NCBI GenBank assembly: GCA_945878745.1
Contig: CAMDVY010000001.1
Span: 1 to 43,859, forward strand
Direction: 5' to 3'
Length of the DNA: 43,859 bases
Origin: Klebsiella pneumoniae
Lineage (GTDB): Bacteria; Pseudomonadota; Gammaproteobacteria; Pseudomonadales; Azotimanducaceae
Part shown: positions 1 to 8,767 of the stretch, piece after piece
Layout: each line of letters opens with the position of its first letter
Numbering within the stretch: position 1 is the first letter of the stretch
Notes under the pieces: generated by a model
Databases searched by the model: none
Told to the model about the DNA's origin: nothing
The model's input: the letters and a program-made list of their open reading frames with translations, nothing else
Made by a program: the position numbers and the translations under genes

Positions 1-59
1 CAGGCACACCTCCGATCGCAATGTCGGGCAGCGCTCTCCGCTACAGCGGTGGTCTCTTT

Positions 60-125
60 GTAGGAGCGGTCTCTGACCGCGCTTGTTGGGTTAATCAAAA
101 ATCGCGATCAGGAGATCGCTCCTAC
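60..125. repeat. REP/REPIN-like doublet: two inverted copies of a GTAGGAGCG-headed short stem-loop unit
   Basis: The left unit is 60-81, gtaggagcggtctctgaccgcg, with an internal stem gcggtc/gaccgc at 66-71/75-80. The right unit, 103-125, is its reverse complement with 2 mismatches and 1 indel, and has an internal stem gcgatc/gatcgc at 104-109/114-119. The spacer is 21 nt. A GTAG head followed by an imperfect palindrome is the classic pseudomonad REP layout. Confidence 0.6.
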
Positions 126-304
126 GATTGATTGAATCTACCAACTTCATTGGTGATGGCGTTATAGTTTGATTTCTGCTGTTATCCCTGCTCTATCCGC
201 GCTCAATCGTTTCGAAGCTCTGAACACCCCTGCGCACCATGTTTTGTTGCGAGATTATTGTCTAATCAAGGTTAAAGTCGCCGAGGGCTGATCTTTCGTT
301 GTGA

Positions 305-1972
305 TCAACGGACGGGTAGGAACTCCTTTGCGCCAGGGTCGGGCGCGGCACCATGCCAGGGCAGGCTGAGGCCGTCACCTTTTTTCCAGCTGACAGGCAT
401 CGTCAGGTGGAGGGTGTTCGTCTCCAGATCAACCTTGGTGATTTGCGCAGGCATTGGCTGACCTTCGATCTGTATCCAATCGCCTTCTTCACCGTCGATG
501 CCATTGCCGTCAAAGAACCACGATGCATCATCCAGCTGTAACTGCGCTCCGCTGCCGTCGGCAGAGGTGATGTGAGCAAGGGTCACCCCACGATCGATCA
601 CCAGGCTGTTGGGACGCAGCGCATAGTTGTGTTTCGATGCGTCGACGAAGCCAGGGTCTCCGATCACGGAGTTCGTGAACTGTCCTTTTGATGCATACCC
701 GTTGATCTCTTCTGCCGCGCCAAACTCGTTATGCAGAACCTCAGAGCCCAGCGGACTGCCGAGGGCGTTGCCGATAAAGAGATGACCGATGAAGGAATCC
801 CGATACACCACTTGTCCGGCACTGACACCCTGGCAATTGCCTTCTGGCGCCCAGCCTTTGTTGTCCCACAGGATGTTGTTGGCGTACTTGTTATCGGAAA
901 TGCCTTTGTCATTGGCTGACTTGGCGCCAAACAGGGCAATACCACCACACTCATTGTCATGGAAGACGTTGTGGTAGATGCGGTTGCCGCGGTTGTACTG
1001 TGCCTCAAGTTCATAGCGTGTCATCCCGAGCCCGACGTTTGCGCTGTGGAAAACGTTGTGACGGATGATCCCTTGCTGGCCAGCGTATTGAATACCGTTT
1101 CCTCCGGAGGTGCTGTAGTAGGACACCGCTTCTGCAAACACATTCTGTTCGATCAGGTTGCGATGGCTGCGATCAAGTATGTCCTTGTTCTGGGCAAAGG
1201 AGCCGTTCCCGACCCAGGCTGAAGTTGCCGCTTCACAATCGAACACGGCCATCATTTTTTGCTGTGGATTGCGAAAGTGATTACTTCTGACCACGTTTCC
1301 GGTACTGCACTTCATCGTCAGGAGTTCATGTCCGCTCTCTTCAAAACGATTGCCCTCGACGATGTTGTAGTCCGAGTGGACCAACGCCATGCTGTCGGTG
1401 CCTCGTCGGATCTTGTTGTTGAGAATCCTGTTGTGGTTGCTGAACCCGAAGTAGAGGCCACCTCGTTTGCTGAGTGATGGATAGAGGTAGGACGTATCGA
1501 AGTCGTTGTCACGTATGGTGTTGTGGTGTGAGTTGATGGCGCGCAAAAAGCCCGCTGATTCGGTGACCCGGATGCCGCCAACGGTGTTGTAGCTGACGTT
1601 ATCCAGCCAGATCGGCCCGTACTCTTCACCTGCATCCATGGAGTCGACATCGCGGATGTTCACCTTCTCCCCGGTCTGCGCTTTGTAGATGATCGGAGCA
1701 GCATCTGTTCCAGACACGGTCAGGTGCAGAACTTCCTTGTAGTCACCCCCGCGTATCACAAAGACCATGCCGGGTTTGGCAGATTGGGTGGCAGCTTCAA
1801 TCGAGGCCAACGCGGTTGCCGAGCCGTCACCGCACTTTCGCGCGATCGGATCGTACTTTCCGGAACAGTCACTCCACAGGGAACCGTCTATGTAAATTGT
1901 TGTGGATGCTGTTGCGCTCTGGCTGAAGATTGCAGCACAAAGAGCGGTTGCGAGACAGGTGATTCGTTTCAT
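305..1972 (-). CDS. secreted right-handed parallel beta-helix repeat protein (pectate-lyase fold; possible polysaccharide lyase/glycanase)
   Basis: 555-aa ORF with a signal peptide, MKRITCLATALCAAIFSQSATA. It has recurring beta-helix coil signatures: NHNTIRDNDF, NHNRILNNKI, DYNIVEGNRF, GNVVRSNHF, NLIEQNVF, GIIRHNVF, NRIYHNVFHDN, KYANNILWDN. Confidence 0.7.
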   Translation of the reverse strand: MKRITCLATALCAAIFSQSATASTTIYIDGSLWSDCSGKYDPIARKCGDGSATALASIEAATQSAKPGMVFVIRGGDYKEVLHLTVSGTDAAPIIYKAQTGEKVNIRDVDSMDAGEEYGPIWLDNVSYNTVGGIRVTESAGFLRAINSHHNTIRDNDFDTSYLYPSLSKRGGLYFGFSNHNRILNNKIRRGTDSMALVHSDYNIVEGNRFEESGHELLTMKCSTGNVVRSNHFRNPQQKMMAVFDCEAATSAWVGNGSFAQNKDILDRSHRNLIEQNVFAEAVSYYSTSGGNGIQYAGQQGIIRHNVFHSANVGLGMTRYELEAQYNRGNRIYHNVFHDNECGGIALFGAKSANDKGISDNKYANNILWDNKGWAPEGNCQGVSAGQVVYRDSFIGHLFIGNALGSPLGSEVLHNEFGAAEEINGYASKGQFTNSVIGDPGFVDASKHNYALRPNSLVIDRGVTLAHITSADGSGAQLQLDDASWFFDGNGIDGEEGDWIQIEGQPMPAQITKVDLETNTLHLTMPVSWKKGDGLSLPWHGAAPDPGAKEFLPVR

Positions 1973-2047
1973 GCGTTGTTTGACTACTCGTCAGTTAGGA
2001 TGAAACTAGCACACCACCCGGATCCGACCTGAGGACCGGTTTGTAAA

Positions 2048-3196
2048 TCAGGAGTATTGAAAGAGTTTTGCCGCATTGGTTCCAAGAATTCGGGTTCGGT
2101 GATTCTCGCTGAGTCCCGCTACGCTCTGACGGATTAACTCCGGCGCCATGATGTTGGCGTCAATGTGCGGGTAGTCGGAGCCCCACACGATATTGTCTTC
2201 ACCAACCAGATCCAGCATGGAGCCCATCGTCCGCTCTTCGGGTTCTGCGACGAAGTAACAATTTCTGCGAAAGTACTCGCTCGGTTTGTACTTGAGAGGA
2301 TTCCCGAGGGCAGCCATGACCGCCCACTTTTCGTCGAGTCGGTCCATGAGATACGCCGCGTATCCACAACCCGCTTCCACACTGACCAGCTTTTGTCGCG
2401 GGAACCGGTCGAAAAATCCATCCACTACCATTGCCGCGATCGCTGGAATCAACTGGCCAGTGGCGCCCAGACCGAACCCGAACAAAGTGCCAGGGGCCGG
2501 CATTGCACCGCGCCAGCCTGCAAAGGGTGAGGCGGCGCCGGAAAAACGGACGATCACATGCAGGCAGCCGGGAAGGTCCGCATCGGTGAGTCGCTGCCAG
2601 AGAGGATTGAAGTCGGGGTGGCTTGGGCTCTTGCCGTCGATGGTTTCCGGCGGCACGAAGAGACCTTTGAAACCGAGTTTCAGGCAGCGCTCAAGCTCCT
2701 TCGCAGCCGTAGGAACATCGCGCCAGTTGACGGTTGCGATGGGTATGACCCGACCCGGGATACTCTGCGAGAATTCCGCCGCCCAGGTGTTGTAGGCGCG
2801 GCAGTAGGCGGAGGCGAGGTCCTGATCATCCGTTGGGAACGGAAGTATGCCGATGGTCGGGAAAGTGACCCCCGCATCAACGCCCCAGGAGTCCTGCAGT
2901 GCTGCGCGCGCGGCCGGGTCGTAACTCGCTTTGGGCGAACCGTCTGCATACGTCAGGTTGCCGGTAAACAAATCCAGGCGGTTATGTTCGATGCCACCAA
3001 GACCCGCGAGACCGCCTGGCAGCACGATCTGGTCACCGATGATGAGTTGCTCCTTGCCAAGATCGTTGACCTCGATACGAATGGCGCGATCGCGAAAACG
3101 GGGTTCGAGATAGTCTTGCCACAAGTTGGCGGGTTCGAGTACATGCATGTCGCAGTCGATGACCAGCGACTTGTTCTTCACGATGGATTCTCCCAT
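2048..3196 (-). CDS. amidohydrolase family protein (amidohydrolase-2 / ACMSD-like metal-dependent hydrolase)
   Basis: 382-aa ORF. The N-terminal VIDCDMHV and C-terminal VWGSDYPHID motifs are typical of the PF04909-type TIM-barrel hydrolase/decarboxylase family. Confidence 0.75.
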   Translation of the reverse strand: MGESIVKNKSLVIDCDMHVLEPANLWQDYLEPRFRDRAIRIEVNDLGKEQLIIGDQIVLPGGLAGLGGIEHNRLDLFTGNLTYADGSPKASYDPAARAALQDSWGVDAGVTFPTIGILPFPTDDQDLASAYCRAYNTWAAEFSQSIPGRVIPIATVNWRDVPTAAKELERCLKLGFKGLFVPPETIDGKSPSHPDFNPLWQRLTDADLPGCLHVIVRFSGAASPFAGWRGAMPAPGTLFGFGLGATGQLIPAIAAMVVDGFFDRFPRQKLVSVEAGCGYAAYLMDRLDEKWAVMAALGNPLKYKPSEYFRRNCYFVAEPEERTMGSMLDLVGEDNIVWGSDYPHIDANIMAPELIRQSVAGLSENHRTRILGTNAAKLFQYS

Positions 3197-3244
3197 TGAT
3201 TGCTTGGATCAACAGTAACTTGTGGGGCTGGATGTAGAAGTTAC

Positions 3245-3266
3245 CGGACTTCATCGGACTTCATCG
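3245..3266. repeat. tandem 10-bp direct repeat cggacttcat x2.2
   Basis: The unit cggacttcat occurs at 3245-3254 and 3255-3264, followed by cg. It lies in the divergent amidohydrolase/csrA intergenic region. Confidence 0.9.
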
Positions 3267-3362
3267 TATAGGGGCTACAGTGCACCTACGCCAGAAGACA
3301 AACTGCTCATACGCACGTGTATGAACCAATAATCGCGCAGGTATACTGCCTCAAAATCCGCG

Positions 3363-3416
3363 GGACAACGAGCGGATGGGAGAGATAGGGCAGGGAACGG
3401 AGGGACTAAAAACGGA
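3363..3416 (+). promoter_or_regulatory. GGA-motif-rich csrA 5' leader (candidate CsrA autoregulatory binding sites, last one in the SD)
   Basis: GGA occurs at 3363, 3374, 3379, 3394, 3399, 3403 and 3414. The last one, acGGAGata, is the Shine-Dalgarno 7 nt before ATG 3423. A TATACT -10-like hexamer lies at 3342-3347. Confidence 0.45.
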
Positions 3417-3422
3417 GATAAC

Positions 3423-3635
3423 ATGCTCATTCTGACGCGACGACCGGGTGAGGCCATCAGAATTGGGGACGAGGTTGAGATTTTTGTGGTCGCAGTCAAT
3501 GGCAACCAGGTTCGTCTTGGTATCAAGGCGCCAAAATCGGTTGCCGTGCATCGAGAAGAGATATATGCCCGCATCGCCGCACGCGCAGAAGGTGAACAAC
3601 CTCCAACCCCGGGTGTCCAAAACAACTCCGATTGA
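3423..3635 (+). CDS. csrA: carbon storage regulator CsrA/RsmA family RNA-binding protein
   Basis: 70 aa, beginning [51 protein letters not shown]. This is a near-canonical CsrA sequence, including the GxxG-like and VHREEI signatures, with a 15-20 aa C-terminal tail. Confidence 0.95.
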   Translation: MLILTRRPGEAIRIGDEVEIFVVAVNGNQVRLGIKAPKSVAVHREEIYARIAARAEGEQPPTPGVQNNSD

Positions 3636-3685
3636 CACCAGGCTTGCGTCACTGAGCATCGATTGGTGCAGCCCCGCCGGATGGG

Positions 3686-4945
3686 ATGGTATCTTGCGAC
3701 CATCCTGAATCCGGAGAGGCCATCATTACCCGCATAACCACGACCCCGCACGATATCGACTTTTCCCCGCTGCATCAGCGAATGGCCTGGTACGTCGATC
3801 AGGGGATCCTGTCGTGCGTGAATAGCCTTGTCATGAGAGGAACGGACGTCCTGGATTTCAAGACCTTTGGATTCATGGATATCGAAAGCCGGCAACCGCT
3901 GCGTGAAGATGCCATCTACCGCATGTACTCGAATACGAAGATTGTCACCTCTGTTGCCGCCATGCAGTTGTTCGAACAGGGTCGTTTCAAACTCGACGAT
4001 CCGCTGTCGACGGTGCTGCCGGAATTTGCAGACATGCAGGTGCTCCGGCCAGATGCCACTGAAGCTGGGCACGTGGTGGCTGCACGTGAACCGATCCGAA
4101 TGCGGCATATCCTCAGTCACAGCGCCGGGCTTTCCTATGGATTCATCGAACCAGGCTCGGTCATCGACAAGTCCTACATCGCCGCAAAGATCAACGCCAT
4201 GGGCGGCGATGAGCCGACACTTGAAGAGTTGTGTGCGAAACTTGCGGTGCTGCCATTGGCCTTTGAGCCAGGGACAAGCTGGCGCTACAGCTTTGCCACC
4301 GATGTCACGGCGCGGGTAGTGGAAGTGCTGTCCGGTAAGCGTTTCGACACCTATTTGCAGGATCATGTTTTCAAGCCGCTTGGCATGGTAGATACCGGGT
4401 TTCATGTACCTGCCGAAAAGCTGGACCGCTTTGTCACCATGTATGCCCCTGCCAACCTGTTCGATCCCATGGAGCCGGGCATGAGCCGAGCAGAGGATCC
4501 CTTGACTGGACCGTACAGTCGGCCTCGCCGGATGCTGAGCGGTGGGGGTGGGCTGGTTTCGACTGTGCAGGACTACCTGTCTTTCATTCGCATGATCGTC
4601 AACGGCGGTAGCTGGAATGGTGTCACCATCCTCAATCCGGACACTCTCAGGCTCATGCGTACCAATCAACTGGCGGCCGGGGTACAGGTCGCTTTCCCCA
4701 TGTGGATGATGCCCGGAACAGTATTTGGTCTTGGCTTTGCCTTGAAATCATCGGTTGGCGAGAACGAACCCGCCACATCAAAGGATGAGTACCACTGGGG
4801 CGGGATGGCGGGTACCCACTCGTGGATGGCTCCCAATGCCGGGATCACAGGTATGTGCATGACGCAGCGTATGCCTGGCTTCTGGCACCCGTTCAGTCAT
4901 GAGTTCAAGGCGATGGCCTATCAGCTCGCGGGGCGATCGGCGTGA
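3686..4945 (+). CDS. serine hydrolase, beta-lactamase/EstB-like (class C-related) family
   Basis: 419-aa ORF. It carries an SxxK nucleophile motif in RMYSNTKIVTS, a YSF Tyr motif and a late HWGG/GTHSW motif. The start is ATG 3686, but this is uncertain and later Met codons are possible. Confidence 0.75.
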   Translation: MVSCDHPESGEAIITRITTTPHDIDFSPLHQRMAWYVDQGILSCVNSLVMRGTDVLDFKTFGFMDIESRQPLREDAIYRMYSNTKIVTSVAAMQLFEQGRFKLDDPLSTVLPEFADMQVLRPDATEAGHVVAAREPIRMRHILSHSAGLSYGFIEPGSVIDKSYIAAKINAMGGDEPTLEELCAKLAVLPLAFEPGTSWRYSFATDVTARVVEVLSGKRFDTYLQDHVFKPLGMVDTGFHVPAEKLDRFVTMYAPANLFDPMEPGMSRAEDPLTGPYSRPRRMLSGGGGLVSTVQDYLSFIRMIVNGGSWNGVTILNPDTLRLMRTNQLAAGVQVAFPMWMMPGTVFGLGFALKSSVGENEPATSKDEYHWGGMAGTHSWMAPNAGITGMCMTQRMPGFWHPFSHEFKAMAYQLAGRSA

Positions 4946-5937
4946 GTACGAACGATTCACCCGCAGGCGAGGCCACGGCTGCAGCACCAGCTCGGACCAA
5001 CTGGCTGTTTCGCATTGCCACCTGGTTGCTCACGATCGGCTGCTTTTACCTGGTGTACGGTCGGTTGGTAGCAGCGGCAGCGCGTGACTCGCTCAGCGTC
5101 GGTGACTATCTGATTCGGTTTTTCGGGGAGGCAAACTGGCTTGCCTGGCTGGCGCTGATGATTCCGTATTCGGTGTTCTTTTTTCTCGTGGACTCTCATG
5201 TCACCTGGCGGGTCGTGAAGTGGTTCAATGCGCCTGCGCTCAAGCTCACCGATATCCTGCCGATCAGGGCGAGTGCCTACATCCTGTCGCTCGTCAACGA
5301 ACAGGTTGGCAAAGGGGCAATGACACTGTATCTCCTGAAACGTCACCAGGTGCCGGGTTGGGAGGCGCTGTCCAGCATGCTCATGCTTGGATTGATGGAG
5401 GTCTATCAGCTGCTGGTGTTTTCTTCGGTCGGCGTTGTTCTCTTTTTCGGTGTGGTGCAAGCAGCCAGCATCGAGTTACCCCTCGATCAGATTCTGCCTT
5501 CGGTGTTGATAGGCGCCGCGATTCTATTGCCACTGATCATCGCGTACTTTTCCGGAGCGATTTTCAAAAACAGCACTTTCCGTGACAAACCTGTTTTGGT
5601 GGCATTTCGTCGAGCGAAGCCGATTCACTACCTGCTCATCATCCTGTTCAAAGCCCCCAATCTGATCGGCGCGATCATTGTGTACACAACATCGTTGTCA
5701 CTCTTCAATGTCGACGTCAATTTTGGCCAGATGCTGGCGTTCCTGCCCGTGATCTTCCTGGCAGCTGCATTACCGCTGCCATTCCATGCCGGGGCGCTGA
5801 TAATGTGGACAGTGTTATTCCCGGCCTATCCAGAGGTTGGTGTCTTCAGCATCGTGATGCACACCTTTTTTGTTCTGTTCAACGCGACCATCGGTGTGTT
5901 GTTTCTGCCCAAGGCCAACAAGGAGCTGTTTGGCTGA
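4942..5937 (+). CDS. polytopic inner-membrane protein (UPF0104 / lysyl-PG-synthase-TM, flippase-like family by recall)
   Basis: 331 aa with about 8 hydrophobic segments. The GTG start overlaps the stop of the upstream serine hydrolase (GTGA at 4942-4945), which implies co-translation. Confidence 0.65.
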   Translation: MSTNDSPAGEATAAAPARTNWLFRIATWLLTIGCFYLVYGRLVAAAARDSLSVGDYLIRFFGEANWLAWLALMIPYSVFFFLVDSHVTWRVVKWFNAPALKLTDILPIRASAYILSLVNEQVGKGAMTLYLLKRHQVPGWEALSSMLMLGLMEVYQLLVFSSVGVVLFFGVVQAASIELPLDQILPSVLIGAAILLPLIIAYFSGAIFKNSTFRDKPVLVAFRRAKPIHYLLIILFKAPNLIGAIIVYTTSLSLFNVDVNFGQMLAFLPVIFLAAALPLPFHAGALIMWTVLFPAYPEVGVFSIVMHTFFVLFNATIGVLFLPKANKELFG

Positions 5938-5940
5938 GGT

Positions 5941-6483
5941 TCAAGAGGTCGGCTTGCCGAGGTAGTTCCGAGCCCGTAGCGCCATGGATACGACAGTGCT
6001 CATGATGAGTGCCCAGGCGAATGCAGTGGTTAAGGCCGCGAGATGGTTCCAGATCGACAGGACGTGTCCACCAATGACAACGCCCGGAACCACGTAGTAG
6101 GCAATTCCGTTGATTCGACCCAATGGGTTGGGTCTGAGTGACTGACCTTTCAGTACCCTGGAATCAACGGTGTATTGAAGAAAGGCGATCGGGATGAGGC
6201 ATGGCAGATAAACGGGAATGTAGTCGGCCATCGCCAGAGCCGTACATGAGCTGGTGACGAACAACGCATCTGTCGCATGATCTGCAAACCCGCCGAATGG
6301 CGTCGCCTGTCCGTAGTATCTCGCCAACGGTCCATCAAAATAGTCGGTGAGCACGGCGATGGTGAAAAGCACTGCCGCTGTTGGCCACTCGTGTTCGATG
6401 ATGGCCCACGTCAGCGGAAAGATAAGTCCGAGGCGAAGCGCGGTGAGTGCGTTTGCCCACGTGGCGAGCGGCGCGGTGATCAA
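5941..6483 (-). CDS. CDP-alcohol phosphatidyltransferase family protein (PgsA-like paralogue)
   Basis: 180 aa. It matches the family motif D-x2-D-G-x2-A-R-x8-G-x3-D-x3-D perfectly, as DYFDGPLARYYGQATPFGGFADHATD. It is multi-pass hydrophobic. The TTG start overlaps the stop of the upstream lipoprotein gene (TTGA). Confidence 0.85.
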   Translation of the reverse strand: MITAPLATWANALTALRLGLIFPLTWAIIEHEWPTAAVLFTIAVLTDYFDGPLARYYGQATPFGGFADHATDALFVTSSCTALAMADYIPVYLPCLIPIAFLQYTVDSRVLKGQSLRPNPLGRINGIAYYVVPGVVIGGHVLSIWNHLAALTTAFAWALIMSTVVSMALRARNYLGKPTS

Positions 6484-6923
6484 CGTGGCTCCAGCCGGAA
6501 GAGTGCTGCACCTTCGAAAGCGACCTCGTCTGGATCCATCTCATATTTCCGAATGAATGCCTGCCGAACGACTTCCTGGGTTGCCGGATCGTCGATGCGA
6601 ACCGCTTTGAGATCGTAAATCGCATTCCCGATACGAACACGCACACGTTCATCCTGCTCCATGTTTTGCGCCCAGGTGGAATCAGGGTCACTCGCACCGA
6701 TGTAGAGGAAGGGGCCGACGTCCACGCCCCAGATATTCACTGAGTAAGGTTCAGCGGGATTGGTTTCCACGGTGATAATGTCCACGGCATTGATGGACGC
6801 CCAACTTTGGGGCGCCGGGATGGATTGGCCGTCGATGGCGTCACCGGGAACAGGGCCTAGCGGACCGCATCCTGCCAAGATCGCGATGCCGCCGAGAATG
6901 ACGGTTCGAACTGAAATCTGCAT
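6480..6923 (-). CDS. small lipoprotein of unknown function (possible split-beta-barrel fold)
   Basis: The preferred start is ATG 6923, giving MQISVRTVILGGIAILAGCG with the lipobox LAGC. The longer 178-aa version adds a non-signal N-terminus. It is translationally coupled to the CDP-alcohol transferase gene. Confidence 0.6.
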   Translation of the reverse strand: MQISVRTVILGGIAILAGCGPLGPVPGDAIDGQSIPAPQSWASINAVDIITVETNPAEPYSVNIWGVDVGPFLYIGASDPDSTWAQNMEQDERVRVRIGNAIYDLKAVRIDDPATQEVVRQAFIRKYEMDPDEVAFEGAALFRLEPR

Positions 6924-6980
6924 GAGCGAGGACTGGGTGTATTCGTGCTGTAATCGTACCTCAACAACATGGAGGCGCTC

Positions 6981-7859
6981 ATGTCGCGCGTTCTGATTAC
7001 TGGCGCAAACGGACATCTCGGTCAGAGATTGATCCCCGCCTTGCCGGAAAGTTTCGAGGTCATTGCTGCCGTGCGTTCAGCAAGAGCCGCGCAGTCCATT
7101 TTTCCTCGCCAGGGTCTCGAAGTCCGGTTACTCGACTATTCGCGGTCGGAGCAATTCAGCAGCGCGCTAGCGAACGTGGATGCCGTCGTTCATCTCGTGG
7201 GTATCCTCAAGGAGACACCGGATAACAGCTACTCCAGTGCGCATGAAGAGACCTGTCAGGCACTGATTGATGGGGCGACGTTGGCCAAGGTGAAGCCGGT
7301 TGTTGTGTACATCAGCATACTCGGATCTTCCGCCGATCACGCCAACGCCTGTCTTGCTTCGAAGGGGCGAGCCGAGGACATTCTGCTGAACAGTGGGTTG
7401 CCGGTAACCATCCTGCAGGTACCCATGGTCATCGGTGCCGGAGACTACGCGAGTCATGCTCTGAAACGGCGAGCCATGGCAGCGCTGAGTGTCGGTTTGC
7501 GGATGGAGAGTCGGGAACAGCCGATACACGCCGGTGACGTTATCTCGGCCATTCTGGCGTCACTACATCAGTCACATGGCCGCCTTCAGCTGGCTGGACC
7601 TGAATCGTTGTCGCGGCGCGCGCTGGTTGGGCGTGCAGCAAGGGTTCTAGGCAGGGAGACCACAGTCCTGTCCCTGCCGTTTGCTGTTGGTGCAACAGTG
7701 GTCGGCGTCATGGAAAAGCTCATGAGTAAACCACCGGTTACGCGCGCGATGCTTGAGGTGCTGGATCACGATGATGCGATCAATCCGGAACCGGCCACGA
7801 CTCGGCTCGGCATTCAACTTACCTCTCTTGACGAGATGCTAAGGCAGGCGTTGCAGTAA
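6981..7859 (+). CDS. NAD(P)H-binding atypical SDR / NmrA-like (NDUFA9-like) protein
   Basis: The N-terminus is [14 protein letters not shown], a GxxGxxG Rossmann motif. A GGAGG SD lies at 6971-6975, ahead of ATG 6981. Confidence 0.75.
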   Translation: MSRVLITGANGHLGQRLIPALPESFEVIAAVRSARAAQSIFPRQGLEVRLLDYSRSEQFSSALANVDAVVHLVGILKETPDNSYSSAHEETCQALIDGATLAKVKPVVVYISILGSSADHANACLASKGRAEDILLNSGLPVTILQVPMVIGAGDYASHALKRRAMAALSVGLRMESREQPIHAGDVISAILASLHQSHGRLQLAGPESLSRRALVGRAARVLGRETTVLSLPFAVGATVVGVMEKLMSKPPVTRAMLEVLDHDDAINPEPATTRLGIQLTSLDEMLRQALQ

Positions 7860-8759
7860 CCAGCTGCGCATGGTCTTGGAAACCAGCTCGCTCGCGTCCT
7901 GTTGAACAAAGTGTCCGGCGCCTGGCACAGTCACCAGTGTCAGGTCCTTGTCCAGCCATTCCCAGGTGTTGTTGAGCGCGGCAGGCAGCAGAGCCTGATC
8001 ATCAAGTCCGTGGAACATCAGCACCGGCATGGCGATCTTCGGCATGGTTGGCGCCGCAGCAGATGCCTGACCCTCGGCTGGTGGGCGCGGATAGTTGGCC
8101 TTGTAGAAGTTCAACATGCCTTCAAAGCTGCTGCGTGAAAATGCCTCAACGTAGACCTTTCTTGCTTCTTCATCTTTCACCCAACCGGCCAGTCCCTCGG
8201 CTGTCAGGCTTTTGTGTGCATCGGGTTGTTGAAAGCGGAAGGCATACTCGCTGTTGGCTTGTTGTGTCTTGTTGGTGGCGATTTCACGCGCGAGACCTTG
8301 TGGATGTGGCAAGTTGAGGATAATCAGATGGCTCACGAGATCCGGTCGAGACATCGCAACGTTCCACGCGACAGCGCCGCCCCAGTCATGGCCGACAACG
8401 ATTGCAGATTCGGCGCCCTCGGCGGCAATCACAGCGGCGACGTCGGCAACCAGATTTGGCATCGCGTATGCAGCGACTCCAGTCGGTTGATCACTCTTGT
8501 TGTAGCCGCGCTGGTCAATGGCGGCGATGCGAAAGTGCGGCGCCAGGATTTCCATTTGATCTCGCCATGAATACCAGAAATCGGGAAATCCATGGATCAT
8601 CACTACCAGTGGTCGTGTGCCATTTGCAGCACCGGTGGTGACGTAGTGAATCTTCACACCGTCGTTGGTGGCGAAGTGATCCTCCACCTCCAGGGCGTGG
8701 ACGGAGCAGAACACGAAAGACAGCGCGATCAGCAAGGCAGTTCGTGGGGTCATGGTCAA
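7839..8759 (-). CDS. secreted alpha/beta hydrolase, epoxide-hydrolase-like
   Basis: 306 aa with a signal peptide, [22 protein letters not shown]. It has the HGFP oxyanion motif ([10 protein letters not shown]) and the GHDWGG nucleophile-Asp elbow. A GGAG SD lies 9 nt upstream of the ATG. Confidence 0.8.
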   Translation of the reverse strand: MTMTPRTALLIALSFVFCSVHALEVEDHFATNDGVKIHYVTTGAANGTRPLVVMIHGFPDFWYSWRDQMEILAPHFRIAAIDQRGYNKSDQPTGVAAYAMPNLVADVAAVIAAEGAESAIVVGHDWGGAVAWNVAMSRPDLVSHLIILNLPHPQGLAREIATNKTQQANSEYAFRFQQPDAHKSLTAEGLAGWVKDEEARKVYVEAFSRSSFEGMLNFYKANYPRPPAEGQASAAAPTMPKIAMPVLMFHGLDDQALLPAALNNTWEWLDKDLTLVTVPGAGHFVQQDASELVSKTMRSWLLQRLP

Positions 8760-8767
8760 AACTCCGT

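Noticed and set aside
3275-4669. A 464-aa minus-strand ORF, the third longest in the left part of the window.
   Set aside because: It runs antisense to both csrA and the serine hydrolase, which have clear family motifs. Its product is R/H/G/P-rich with no motif or signal. This is a typical GC-rich shadow ORF.
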